Shown in pieces: positions 16,618 through 26,228 of a stretch of 64,000 bases of DNA (positions are counted from its first letter, which is position 1; every line of letters starts with the position of its first letter). The stretch lies in NCBI GenBank assembly GCA_964596535.1, contig CAZQUR010000004.1, positions 33 through 64,032 of the forward strand, in the 5' to 3' direction. The position numbers were made by a program, and so were the translations under genes. Source of the DNA: an uncultured Desulfobacteraceae bacterium (GTDB lineage: Bacteria; Desulfobacterota; Desulfobacteria; Desulfobacterales; UBA2156). Under the pieces are notes generated by a model. That model ran no database searches and was not told the DNA's origin. It saw nothing but the letters and a program-made list of their open reading frames with translations.

Positions 16618-19600
16618 ATGAACAGAAAAATCGGCACGGCATTAGTGGTCGGGGCCGGAATTGGCGGTATGCGGACCGCCATGGATCTGGCGGAATTCGG
16701 ATATGGAGTGACCCTGATCGACCGGGCTCCCCACCTGGGAGGCATTCTGAGCCAGCTCGATTATCAGTTTCCCACCGATCGTTGCGGCATGTGCAAAATG
16801 CTCCCGCTCATCGATCGGGACGTTTCGTCCCAATATTGCCTGCGGAAGGGTTTTACCCATGAAAATATCCACGTCTTTCTTTCCACCGAACTCATTTCCG
16901 TGGAAGGGGAGCCGGGGCGTTTCGGTGTCACTCTCAAACGAAAACAGAACTGGGTGGACCCCGCCCTCTGCGTTGGTTGCGGTCTTTGCACAGAAGTGTG
17001 CCCGGTGGAAGTTCCGGACACTTTCAACGCCGGACTGTCCAAAAGAAAAGCCATCTACCTTCCTGTTCCCCATGAGATACCGAACCCGTATATCATCGAC
17101 ATTGCCGCATGCAACCGGTGCGGAGAATGTGTGAAGGCCTGCCCGACCCATGCCATACGATTATCGGAACAGGAACGTAAAAAATTCCGTATCCTGGTGG
17201 TAGATGATGAGCTGATCGTCCGGGATTCGCTCAAGGAACTCCTTGAAAATGAAGGTTTTTTCGTCAACATGGCGGCCTCCGGAGCAGAAGCGCTGGATCG
17301 TTTGTCCGAAGCGCCATATCATCTGATGCTCACCGATATCAAGATGCCGGAGATGGACGGTGTTGAGCTTTTACAAAAAGTGCGGGAAACTTTTCCGGAT
17401 ACGACCGTGATCATGATGACGGCGTATGCAACCGTTGAAACCGCTGTGGAAGCGATGAAAATCGGAGCCGTCGACTATCTCATCAAACCATTTGAACCCG
17501 AAACCCTCATTCCCATGATTCTTAAAAAATACGAAGATTTTGAAACCGCCGGCGCCAGCCGGATAGAGGTGGGTGCGATCGTTCTCAGCGGCGGCACGGC
17601 CTACTTCGATCCCCGGAGCGGGAAAAACACCCTAGGTTACGGGATTTATCCGAATGTGATGACGAACATCGAATTCGAGAGAATTCTCAGCGGCTGCGGA
17701 CCCACCCAGGGCCGGCTCATCCGATTCGACGGCAAGCCGATCCGAAAAGCTGCATGGCTCCAGTGCATCGGCTCCCGGGACATCCAAATCGACGCCGACT
17801 TCTGCTCCAATGTCTGCTGCATGTTCGCCATCAAGGAAGCCCTGGTCGCCCAGAGACGGGCCGATGGGGATTTCGAAGCATCCATACTTTACATGGACAT
17901 GCGGACTTTCGGCAAATCTTTTCAGCGGTACCGGGACACTGCAGAGCAGGAGCACGGCGTTCGTTTTATCCGGGGACGCGTGCATTCCGTCACCCAGGAT
18001 CGCGGAACCGGAGACCTCTTGATCCGTTATGCGGATCCAGGCGGTCAAATGGTTGAAGTCGCCCAGGATGCGGTGATCCTTTCCGTCGGCCAGAGGCCGG
18101 CCACCGGATCGCAGGCGCTGGCGGACCTGCTTGGAATCCAGCTTAATCCATGGGGCTTCCATGAAAATCCTCCCTTCTCCGTCACTCGAACCTCCCGGGA
18201 AGGAATCTTTGTGGGGGGTTCGTTTTCCGGTCTTAAGGACATTTCGGATTCGGTGATCCACGCCTCTGCCGCAGCTCTCTCCGCTTCCCGAATTCTGCAT
18301 GCCTCAGGAGGCAGCTTGACACCTCAACCGTCGCCAAGCGTCGAACTCCGGGATGTAACCCGGGAATCCCCATCCCTTCTCATGACCCTTTGCACCTGCA
18401 ACGGCGCCATCCTTGACGAAACCGTCAAAGCGGCCCTAAAGACGCATTTTACATCCGATCCGGATGTGGCTCAAGTGGAGTATGCGGAACAAATCTGCAC
18501 CACTGAAGGATGGACGGGATTGTCTAAGCTCGCAAAAACTCGCCGGCCGAACCGGATTCTCATCGGAGCCTGTCTTTTCAACGGATACACCGGAAAACTG
18601 AGGGAACTGAGCATGGAAACAGGGCTCTCTTCCGCCTTAATGGAAATGGTCGATATCGGGTCTCCGGTATTTTGCGTCAAAGATGCTCCGAAAGAAAAGT
18701 ATGAGGCGACCCTGGAACGGATCCTCAAAATCGGCATCACCAGACTCAAAAATGTCGATCCCGCCCCCAAGGCGCCCACCCGTATCCAGCAGAGGGCGCT
18801 GGTGGTAGGCGGCGGCATCGCGGGCATGAGCGCAGCCCTTGCCGTCGCCGATCATGGTTATCCCGTGGATATTGTGGAACAGGACACCCAGCTCGGTGGA
18901 AATCTTTCCTGGATCAAGAAAACCATCGAAGGCCACGATACCCAGTCGCTGCTGGAAGAAACGCTTTCCCGTGTGGAAAAGCATCCGAATATCCGCGTGC
19001 ATACCGAATCCCATGTCTTGGAGGCCTTCGGACAGGCGGGACATTTTATGACGAATATTCAAAACGGCGCAAAGGAAATCAAAACCATCACGCACGGCGT
19101 TGCGATCTTGGCCACGGGTGGCATTGAAGCCCGGACCCAATCTTATGGCTACGGTACATCCGAAACCATCGTGACGCAGAAGGAGTTGGAACTCAATCTT
19201 CACGAAAACCGGATAGACGCTGCGAAGTTAAAATCAGTGGTGATGATTCAATGCGTCGACTCGAGGGAAGAACCCCGCAACTATTGCAGCCGCATCTGCT
19301 GTGTGTCGGCGCTGAAAAATGCGCTTTATTTGAAGGAAAAGAACCCGACTTGTAAAATCACCATTCTCTATCGGGATCTGATGACCTATGGATTCTCTGA
19401 AACATATTATACCCGGGCTCGACGCGCCGATATCCTCTTTATGCAGTATGATCTGGAAAACAAACCCGCCGTCGTCCAGATGGATGACGACCTCCTGGTC
19501 AAAGCGCATGAACCGATTCTCGATCGCCAAATTCAAATAGGGGCGGATCTGGTCGTTCTGGCGACCGGCATTGTGCCGACACTCCCGGTGACTCTCGCTC

Positions 19601-20034
19601 AGGTTTTCGGAGCCTCAATCGATCCGGATGGCTTTTTCCTGGAAGCGGAATCGAAATGGCGGCCGGTGGATTCCCTCAAAGACGGGGTCTTTGCCTGCGG
19701 TATCGCTCATTCGCCCCGTTCCATCACCGAATCCATCGCAACGGCGGAGGCGGCCGCCCAGCGCTCCCTTCGGATCCTGAATCAGGAAAGCATCCCGACG
19801 AGCAGGGTGACCGCCATCGTCCGTCACAGCCTCTGTAGCCTCTGCGAGCGATGTATCGAAGCCTGCCCATACGGCGCCAGGACATTCAATTTGGATCAAA
19901 CCCAGGTGCAGGTCAATTCCCTGATGTGCCAGGGTTGCGGGACGTGTGTTTCGACTTGTCCGAACGGCGCTTCGGTGTTGGAGGGATTCCGAAAACAACA
20001 GATGTTCGATGTCATCGATGCGGCGCTCATATGA
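16618..20034 (+). CDS. tandem HdrA-like flavoprotein with an embedded CheY-type receiver domain
   Basis: ATG 16618 after AAGGA. Module 1: VVGAGIGGMRTAMDLA, CVGCGLCTEVCP, CNRCGECVKACP. Receiver at 17182-17545: RILVVDDELIVRD, LMLTDIKMPEMDG, MMTAYA, DYLIKPF. Then CIGSRD-x8-CSNVCCMFAIK. Module 2 from ~18787: VVGGGIAGMSAALAVA, CVDSRE-x6-CSRICCVSALK, CSLCERCIEACP, CQGCGTCVSTCP. Confidence 0.9.
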   Translation: MNRKIGTALVVGAGIGGMRTAMDLAEFGYGVTLIDRAPHLGGILSQLDYQFPTDRCGMCKMLPLIDRDVSSQYCLRKGFTHENIHVFLSTELISVEGEPGRFGVTLKRKQNWVDPALCVGCGLCTEVCPVEVPDTFNAGLSKRKAIYLPVPHEIPNPYIIDIAACNRCGECVKACPTHAIRLSEQERKKFRILVVDDELIVRDSLKELLENEGFFVNMAASGAEALDRLSEAPYHLMLTDIKMPEMDGVELLQKVRETFPDTTVIMMTAYATVETAVEAMKIGAVDYLIKPFEPETLIPMILKKYEDFETAGASRIEVGAIVLSGGTAYFDPRSGKNTLGYGIYPNVMTNIEFERILSGCGPTQGRLIRFDGKPIRKAAWLQCIGSRDIQIDADFCSNVCCMFAIKEALVAQRRADGDFEASILYMDMRTFGKSFQRYRDTAEQEHGVRFIRGRVHSVTQDRGTGDLLIRYADPGGQMVEVAQDAVILSVGQRPATGSQALADLLGIQLNPWGFHENPPFSVTRTSREGIFVGGSFSGLKDISDSVIHASAAALSASRILHASGGSLTPQPSPSVELRDVTRESPSLLMTLCTCNGAILDETVKAALKTHFTSDPDVAQVEYAEQICTTEGWTGLSKLAKTRRPNRILIGACLFNGYTGKLRELSMETGLSSALMEMVDIGSPVFCVKDAPKEKYEATLERILKIGITRLKNVDPAPKAPTRIQQRALVVGGGIAGMSAALAVADHGYPVDIVEQDTQLGGNLSWIKKTIEGHDTQSLLEETLSRVEKHPNIRVHTESHVLEAFGQAGHFMTNIQNGAKEIKTITHGVAILATGGIEARTQSYGYGTSETIVTQKELELNLHENRIDAAKLKSVVMIQCVDSREEPRNYCSRICCVSALKNALYLKEKNPTCKITILYRDLMTYGFSETYYTRARRADILFMQYDLENKPAVVQMDDDLLVKAHEPILDRQIQIGADLVVLATGIVPTLPVTLAQVFGASIDPDGFFLEAESKWRPVDSLKDGVFACGIAHSPRSITESIATAEAAAQRSLRILNQESIPTSRVTAIVRHSLCSLCERCIEACPYGARTFNLDQTQVQVNSLMCQGCGTCVSTCPNGASVLEGFRKQQMFDVIDAALI

Positions 20035-20269
20035 AAGAAGGCCCGGCATGATCCGGATCGCAAGCCCTTCGATTCTTGGGGAGACGGCCTTTCCATCCTC
20101 AACGGACCCGTCAGAAGATCCTCAGGAATGGGAAGATCGCGGATTCGATTCGGAACCTCTACGGCGTTTCTTTCCGTACTTTCGGCAATGACGCTGCCCC
20201 CCGTGATATGCGGCGTCTGATCTTTTCTTCGGGGTCATTCCCCTGAAAACAAAAACCGGGGATGTGAAA

Positions 20270-22588
20270 ATGTTGACATGGCTGAAAAACATCCGTCACA
20301 GACTCGCGGCAAAACTGATCGTCATGATGGGAATAATTCTTGTCGGCAGCTTCAGCGTCTGGGCTCATTATAATCTCAACTTTCAGAAAACCAAATTGAT
20401 GGCTTACACCATAGAAAGCACGGACCGCCTTACCAATACCATCAAACTCGGCGCCCATTATTCCATGATGTCCAACAGCCGTGAAGATATCAATCAGATT
20501 ATCAAAAACATTTCAACGCAACCCGAATTCGAGCAAATCCGCATCTACAACAAGGTCGGGCAAATTAAATTTTCCAACAATTCCTCAGAGATCAACCAAA
20601 CCACCAACATCCGGAATGAGGCCTGCATCATTTGCCATCAGACGGATCCGCCGAGAACTCAGGTCGGTCTTTCCGAAAGAATACGGGTGCTCGATTCAGA
20701 CAAGGGCTATCGCATCCTCGGAATCATCAGCCCCATCTATAACGAGCCCGCTTGTGCTAGTACCGATTGTCACTTTCATCCGGAGGAAAAAAAGATTTTG
20801 GGCGCTCTGGATGTCGTGATTTCCCTGGAAGCACTCGATCAAGAAATTGTCCGGGCTGAAAAGAACTTCGTCGTCTTTTCGGTAGTCGTCTTCACCGTGA
20901 CGTCCACCATAATTTTTCTCTTTGTTCTAAAGTTCGTCAACCAACCCATTAAAAAGATGATCAACGGCGCCAGGCGAGTCGCAAAAGGGGAATATTCCAG
21001 AGCCATTGAGATCGAACAAATCGATGAAATGAGTGAACTTGCCAACGCCTTTAATCATATGTGCAAAGAAATCCTCAAGCACGAAACCGAACTGAAAGCA
21101 AAGCAACGGGAATATCAAAATCTTTTCGAGTCGGTTCCATGTTTGATCACGGTGCAGGATCGGAATTTTACGCTCCTGAATTACAACCGTCAATTTTCCG
21201 ACATGTTCAACCCCACTCCCGGGGACTATTGTTTTCGTGCGTACAAGGGGCGCAACCAAAAATGCGATCCCTGCCCGGTGGAGGAGACATTCACCGATGG
21301 ACAATCGCACCACACCGAAGAAAGCGGCCCGGGAAAGGACGGAACCGTTCGATCCTGGATCGTCAGGACCTCCCCGATCGTTAACGAGAATGGCGAAATC
21401 GTCGCGGCCATGGAGATTTCCCTGGATATTACCGAGAGAAAAAAGCTCGAGTTCGATCTCTTAAAATCCGAAGAAAAGTACCACGCCATCTTCAACAACA
21501 TCCCGAACCCGGTTTTTGTATTGGACGCGGACAATTACGAAATCCTCGATAGCAATAAAAGCGTGAATACCGTTTATGGCTATGAAACGCATGAACTGCA
21601 GAATCTCCCCTTCTTAATTCTCTTTCCGGAAAAAGAAAGGATACATTATTCCTTCAAGCTGGCGGCGTCCCACATCCTCGATCGTGTCAAACAGATCCAT
21701 AAAAATGGAAAGGTCCTGTATGTCAACATTCGCATCTCCCCCTCCGAGATTTTAGAGAAAAAGGTGCTGCTGGTGACGACCAGCGATATCACCAAGCGTC
21801 TTGAAACCGAGCAGCAACTCATACAGGCAGGAAAAATGGCCACTCTCGGAGAAATGGCAACCGGCATCGCCCATGAACTCAACCAGCCCTTATCGGTCAT
21901 CAAGACCGTGAGCAGTTTTTTCATCGACAAGCTCCGGAGGAAAGAACCCATCGAGGAAAAAACCCTTTCTACCATGCTGACCAAGGTGGACAGCAATGTG
22001 GACCGAGCCACCCGGATCATCAATCACATGCGACAGTTCGCAAGAAAATCCGAAGTGGAGTTGGAAAGGATTCGGATCAACGATGTCATCCAAAACGCGT
22101 TGGAAATTTTCAGCCAGCAGTTGAAGGTCAAAGGCATCGAAATCGTACAACGGCTCGATCCCCAATTGCCTTCCATCCTGGCAGATCCCGGAAGGCTTGA
22201 ACAAGTGATCATCAATTTATTGGTCAATGCGCGGGACGCCATTGAAGAAAAATGGAACAGCACAGGTCGCCGGCAGGAAAAAGAGAGTATCGAACTGATC
22301 ACGCGGTACGAAAAAGAGCAAGCGGTCCTGGAAATCATAGACAGCGGGATGGGAATCCCTGAGGCCTTTTTGGAAAAGATCTTCGAACCCTTTTTTACCA
22401 CCAAGGAAGTGGGAAAAGGCACGGGTCTCGGCCTGTCCATCAGTTACGGGATCGTCGCGGAGTGCGGCGGCAAAATCGAGGCAAAAAACGTGAACGGCAA
22501 CGGCGCCTGCTTTATCCTGCGGTTTCCTGTTACAAAGGTCGAAAAATCGGATCCGCGTTTCAAGTATCTTCCACGTGTCGGCGGATAA
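20270..22588 (+). CDS. sensor histidine kinase: periplasmic domain with c-type-heme-like motifs, HAMP, two PAS, HisKA/HATPase
   Basis: ATG 20270 (GTG 20264 also in frame). TM-flanked ~180-aa domain with CIICH (20624-20638) and CASTDCH (20753-20773). H-box [38 protein letters not shown]. Confidence 0.9.
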   Translation: MLTWLKNIRHRLAAKLIVMMGIILVGSFSVWAHYNLNFQKTKLMAYTIESTDRLTNTIKLGAHYSMMSNSREDINQIIKNISTQPEFEQIRIYNKVGQIKFSNNSSEINQTTNIRNEACIICHQTDPPRTQVGLSERIRVLDSDKGYRILGIISPIYNEPACASTDCHFHPEEKKILGALDVVISLEALDQEIVRAEKNFVVFSVVVFTVTSTIIFLFVLKFVNQPIKKMINGARRVAKGEYSRAIEIEQIDEMSELANAFNHMCKEILKHETELKAKQREYQNLFESVPCLITVQDRNFTLLNYNRQFSDMFNPTPGDYCFRAYKGRNQKCDPCPVEETFTDGQSHHTEESGPGKDGTVRSWIVRTSPIVNENGEIVAAMEISLDITERKKLEFDLLKSEEKYHAIFNNIPNPVFVLDADNYEILDSNKSVNTVYGYETHELQNLPFLILFPEKERIHYSFKLAASHILDRVKQIHKNGKVLYVNIRISPSEILEKKVLLVTTSDITKRLETEQQLIQAGKMATLGEMATGIAHELNQPLSVIKTVSSFFIDKLRRKEPIEEKTLSTMLTKVDSNVDRATRIINHMRQFARKSEVELERIRINDVIQNALEIFSQQLKVKGIEIVQRLDPQLPSILADPGRLEQVIINLLVNARDAIEEKWNSTGRRQEKESIELITRYEKEQAVLEIIDSGMGIPEAFLEKIFEPFFTTKEVGKGTGLGLSISYGIVAECGGKIEAKNVNGNGACFILRFPVTKVEKSDPRFKYLPRVGG

Positions 22589-22600
22589 AGGGCTTTATCG

Positions 22601-23746
22601 GTGGCTCAAACAGAAAAAAGCCAAACCATTTTACTCGTCGACGATGAAGAGGATATCCGGGACGTCCTGAACCTGGCCCTTTCCAGTTCCGGATACGATG
22701 TCCTAACCGCGAAGAACGGCGTCGAGGCCCTCCAGATTTTTACACAAACGCATCCACCCATCGTGTTGACGGATATCAAGATGCCCGGGATCATCGACGG
22801 TATCGAGCTGCTTCGGCGCATCAAAAATGAGAATCCGGATACCGAGGTCGTCATGATCACGGGTCATGGTGATATGGATCTGGCCATCCAAAGCTTGAAA
22901 AACGAGGCCACCGATTTCATCACCAAGCCCATTAACGTGGAAGCCCTCAAGGCGTCTTTGCAGCGGGTGGAAGAAAAAATCCTCATGAAGAGAAAGCTTC
23001 TGGAATACACCCAAAAGTTGGAAGCTTTGGTCCTGGAAAAGACGGAACTTCGGGATCGACTATCCTCCTTGGGCCTGATGATCGGCTCCATCTCCCACGC
23101 GATGAAAGGTCTGTTGACGAACCTGGATGCCGGTCTTTACCTTCTTGATTCTGGGATTTCCAAAAACCGTACGGAGCGGTTGAAGGAGGGGGTGGAAACG
23201 GTCCGGCAGACCGCCGGGCGCATTAAAAAACTGGTTCTGGATATCCTTTTTTATGCCAAAGAAAGGGAACTCAAAATCCGGTCCACGGCTATCGAACCCT
23301 TTGCGAATGAAGTGGCGGACATCATCGAAAACAAGATCAAGGAAAAACCAATTGAACTGGTCCGCAGTTTTAAGGCCGCCCCAAAGTCGTGGATGATCGA
23401 CCCCGATTTTCTCCGCACGGCCCTGATCAACGTCCTCGAAAATGCCGTAGATGCCTGTTGTGAGGACCCGGAAAAACCTTCCCATGAAATCCGATTTACC
23501 GTTGAGGAAAAAGACGGAGAACTCCTCTTCAATATTCTCGACGACGGGCCGGGTATGGACAGCGGCACCCTGGAAAAGGCGTTCAATTTATTTTTCTCCA
23601 CAAAAGGCCCCAAAGGGACGGGCTTCGGTCTTTTCATTACGGATAACATCATCAAACAGCACGGGGGTCGGATTCAGGCCCATTCTTCAAAAGGGAAAGG
23701 CACCCAGCTCTGCATCCGGATTCCTTTTCCGGAATCGAATCCCTGA
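22601..23746 (+). CDS. hybrid receiver-histidine kinase
   Basis: GTG 22601. Receiver ILLVDDEEDIRD, VLTDIKMPG, FITKPI. Kinase IGSISHAMKGLL, NVLENAVDA, DDGPGMD, GTGFGLF. Confidence 0.85.
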   Translation: MAQTEKSQTILLVDDEEDIRDVLNLALSSSGYDVLTAKNGVEALQIFTQTHPPIVLTDIKMPGIIDGIELLRRIKNENPDTEVVMITGHGDMDLAIQSLKNEATDFITKPINVEALKASLQRVEEKILMKRKLLEYTQKLEALVLEKTELRDRLSSLGLMIGSISHAMKGLLTNLDAGLYLLDSGISKNRTERLKEGVETVRQTAGRIKKLVLDILFYAKERELKIRSTAIEPFANEVADIIENKIKEKPIELVRSFKAAPKSWMIDPDFLRTALINVLENAVDACCEDPEKPSHEIRFTVEEKDGELLFNILDDGPGMDSGTLEKAFNLFFSTKGPKGTGFGLFITDNIIKQHGGRIQAHSSKGKGTQLCIRIPFPESNP

Positions 23747-23757
23747 ACCAAAATTCG

Positions 23758-24114
23758 TCAACCCTTGGAAGAATGCAGCTTTTTATGTTCGCAGGCGGCA
23801 TTCATCTTGATGAGCAGTTCTTCAAACGTCACCGGTTTGATGAGATAGTCAAAGGCCCCGTATTTCATTCCTTCGATGCTCGCCTCGAGAGACGCATGAC
23901 CGGTGAGCATGATCACCTGGACATCGAAACGGATCTTTTTGATCTCTTTAAGGGCCTCGATCCCGTCCATGCCGCCGGGCAGCTTGACGTCCAGAACGAC
24001 GATGTCACAGGCGTTTTGCTTCAAGAACGCCAAACCTTCTTCTGCGCTGGTCACACCCGTTGCCTTCAGCTTGCGGCGGCACAATCGGTTGACGATCGTT
24101 TCAAGAAAGTCCAC
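23758..24114 (-). CDS. single-domain response regulator; true start probably upstream of the first canonical start codon
   Basis: Motifs VVLDVKLPGGMDG, IMLTGHAS, DYLIKPV. The frame stays open upstream of GTG 24114 and encodes ...FFRVLIVDDE, the conserved receiver N-terminus (compare paralogue 31183-31617, MGTFSVLIVDDEIDF). Confidence 0.75.
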   Translation of the reverse strand: MDFLETIVNRLCRRKLKATGVTSAEEGLAFLKQNACDIVVLDVKLPGGMDGIEALKEIKKIRFDVQVIMLTGHASLEASIEGMKYGAFDYLIKPVTFEELLIKMNAACEHKKLHSSKG

Positions 24115-24172
24115 TTCGTCATCGACGATCAGTACGCGAAAAAAATTTATCGGATGTTCTCCCTTCCGGCGA

Positions 24173-25834
24173 TTAGCGCTTTTCGGGCATGGTTACCGGC
24201 AGTCGTACCGTGAAGGTGGTTCCTTTCCCTTCCCGGCTTTCAACACGGATCTGCCCCCCCATCTTCTCAAGAATAGTATGGCTGATGGAAAGACCCAGGC
24301 CGGTGCCCTTTCCTCCCGGTTTGGTCGTATAAAAAGGGTCGAAAATATTGCTCAACTGGGATTTTGGAATCCCCGGCCCGTCGTCCCGGACATCGACTTC
24401 AATGAATTCTCCGACCCGCCGGGTGATCAGTTCAATATTCCCGTCCTTTCCAATGGCATCAATGGCGTTGTCGATGAGATTCAAGAAGACTTGCTGGAGC
24501 TGGGATGGATCACCGGCGATGACCGGCAAGTCGGATTCCAGATTGCGGTGAACTTCGATGTTATTGATCCGGGCGTGGTTTTGCAACAGTTCCATGGTCT
24601 GGGTGAGAACCGCGTTGATGTTGACCTCGCCCAAATGGGGTTCCATCCGTCGTGCAAACCCGAGCACGTTGTGAACGATCTTTCGTACCCGCTCCACGTG
24701 TTCTTCGATTTTTTCGATGGATTTTTGATATTCTCTCAGATTTTCGCTCTTCTGAAATTCTTCTTCGGAGAGCAGGTCCCGCATCCAACTCGCCTTTTCA
24801 CCGATAACGGCAATCGGATTGTTGACTTCATGGGCGATCCCCGCCGCCATTTTTCCCAGCGCCGCCAGCTTATCCGTTTGCAACAGGTGAGCACTGAGTT
24901 CATCCATCTTGATGTGGGCATCTTCAATTTTTCTGACCGTGAAAGTGGTAATGACATAGGTGACAAGTACGATCAAAACCAGGCCGGCCGAAATGATGAG
25001 AATCCCGAGGTTTCGCGTCACCAGCAGGGAATCCATTTCTTCATCGATTTCCTGGGTGATGATCAGGAGCCAATCCGTATTCTTGACCCTGCTTCCGGCC
25101 ATGAGCAATTTTCTTCCCTGGGGGTCGATATGCTCGATGACGGACGTCTGCCCGCCGAAACGGTTCGTGTCGATGCCGGACTCCCAGAGTACTTCCCCGT
25201 AAAAGCGCGGCCGTGTCTGATAGATTCCGGCCCGGTTCACGATAAAGGCGTCCCAGGTCTTCCCCACTTTGGCACCGCGGACAAGGTTCCTCAGCGCATC
25301 CGGATCGATGGTGGCCCTGAGAATCCAGGAGTCTGCATTCTCTGAATGGCGTACTGCGATGACGAAATGCGGCAACCTGCGGAACCCCATGAACAAATCG
25401 CTGATATAAACGCCCTTGGCCATCACCTCATCGAACCAGGCTTGTTCACTGTATATCCGGCCCTTCAAATCGTACGGTCCGACATAGGCCTGGTGAAGCC
25501 CGTCGGTATCGATCACTCCCAGGTCAAGGAACGCACCGACCCGGCGGTTCATCCGCTTCAGCAGTTCGGCTAAAAATGTTTCCTGGAGGACGGCCTTGTA
25601 CGACTGGGTATCCACAAGGGTAGCGAGCATGGCAACCCGCTTCTTCAGAAAAAGATCCACCATCTCCGCCTGTGCTTCCGCCCGGTAACGAATCTGCTCC
25701 TCCACTTTCTGCCGATACATCTTGGCAAACTGGACATAGAGCGTCCCTCCTAAAATGAGCAAAGGAATGAAAGCCACCAGCACCGTCAGGAGGATCAATC
25801 GGAATCGAAGCCTTTTGAAAATCTTTTGTTTCAT
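24173..25834 (-). CDS. membrane sensor histidine kinase with large extracytoplasmic domain
   Basis: N-terminal TM (LILLTVLVAFIPLLILGG), ~260-aa extracytoplasmic region, second TM. H-box [40 protein letters not shown]. Confidence 0.9.
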   Translation of the reverse strand: MKQKIFKRLRFRLILLTVLVAFIPLLILGGTLYVQFAKMYRQKVEEQIRYRAEAQAEMVDLFLKKRVAMLATLVDTQSYKAVLQETFLAELLKRMNRRVGAFLDLGVIDTDGLHQAYVGPYDLKGRIYSEQAWFDEVMAKGVYISDLFMGFRRLPHFVIAVRHSENADSWILRATIDPDALRNLVRGAKVGKTWDAFIVNRAGIYQTRPRFYGEVLWESGIDTNRFGGQTSVIEHIDPQGRKLLMAGSRVKNTDWLLIITQEIDEEMDSLLVTRNLGILIISAGLVLIVLVTYVITTFTVRKIEDAHIKMDELSAHLLQTDKLAALGKMAAGIAHEVNNPIAVIGEKASWMRDLLSEEEFQKSENLREYQKSIEKIEEHVERVRKIVHNVLGFARRMEPHLGEVNINAVLTQTMELLQNHARINNIEVHRNLESDLPVIAGDPSQLQQVFLNLIDNAIDAIGKDGNIELITRRVGEFIEVDVRDDGPGIPKSQLSNIFDPFYTTKPGGKGTGLGLSISHTILEKMGGQIRVESREGKGTTFTVRLPVTMPEKR

Positions 25835-26228
25835 GCGGTCCCTCTTCCGATTAAAACGTGTATCCGTTCCATGAAGTTACCGTTCTTTTTTTCCCGATCC
25901 GGTCATCCGGAACGGTATCCGCATCCAGGGGGAGGTACCCGGTGGACGATTCAGGGCCCACCTCCCGGACTTCAATCGTGCCTTTCACCCGACGATCCTT
26001 CCCGAGAATCAGCAATTGATGCCCCGATTGAACCCCTTGAGCGGATCCCAAACTGAAAATCACCTTCTAAGGCGTTTTTCGTTTCGCCAGTGTGTAAATG
26101 GGGCCGATACCTTCGGACCGAAGCACCGCGTCTTCCCCGGCCGTCTGCCGCATCACGCAGTAAAGGCAGATCAACGAAACCGAAAAAAGCATCAGCCGGA
26201 TCCTCAAGGGTTCAAGTCCGAAGTATCG

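Noticed and set aside
25851-26063. 70-aa minus-strand ORF (GTG start) between the PpsA-like gene and the sensor kinase, ending ...SWNGYTF.
   Set aside because: There is no usable RBS spacing, no signal peptide and no recognisable family. It is too weak to call as a gene, although a small protein cannot be excluded.
26209-26219. GGTTCAAGTCC, which looks like a tRNA T-arm/T-loop and could mark a tRNA or an integration-site remnant.
   Set aside because: The flanking bases cannot form the 5-bp T-stem. No acceptor, D or anticodon arms can be drawn around it.
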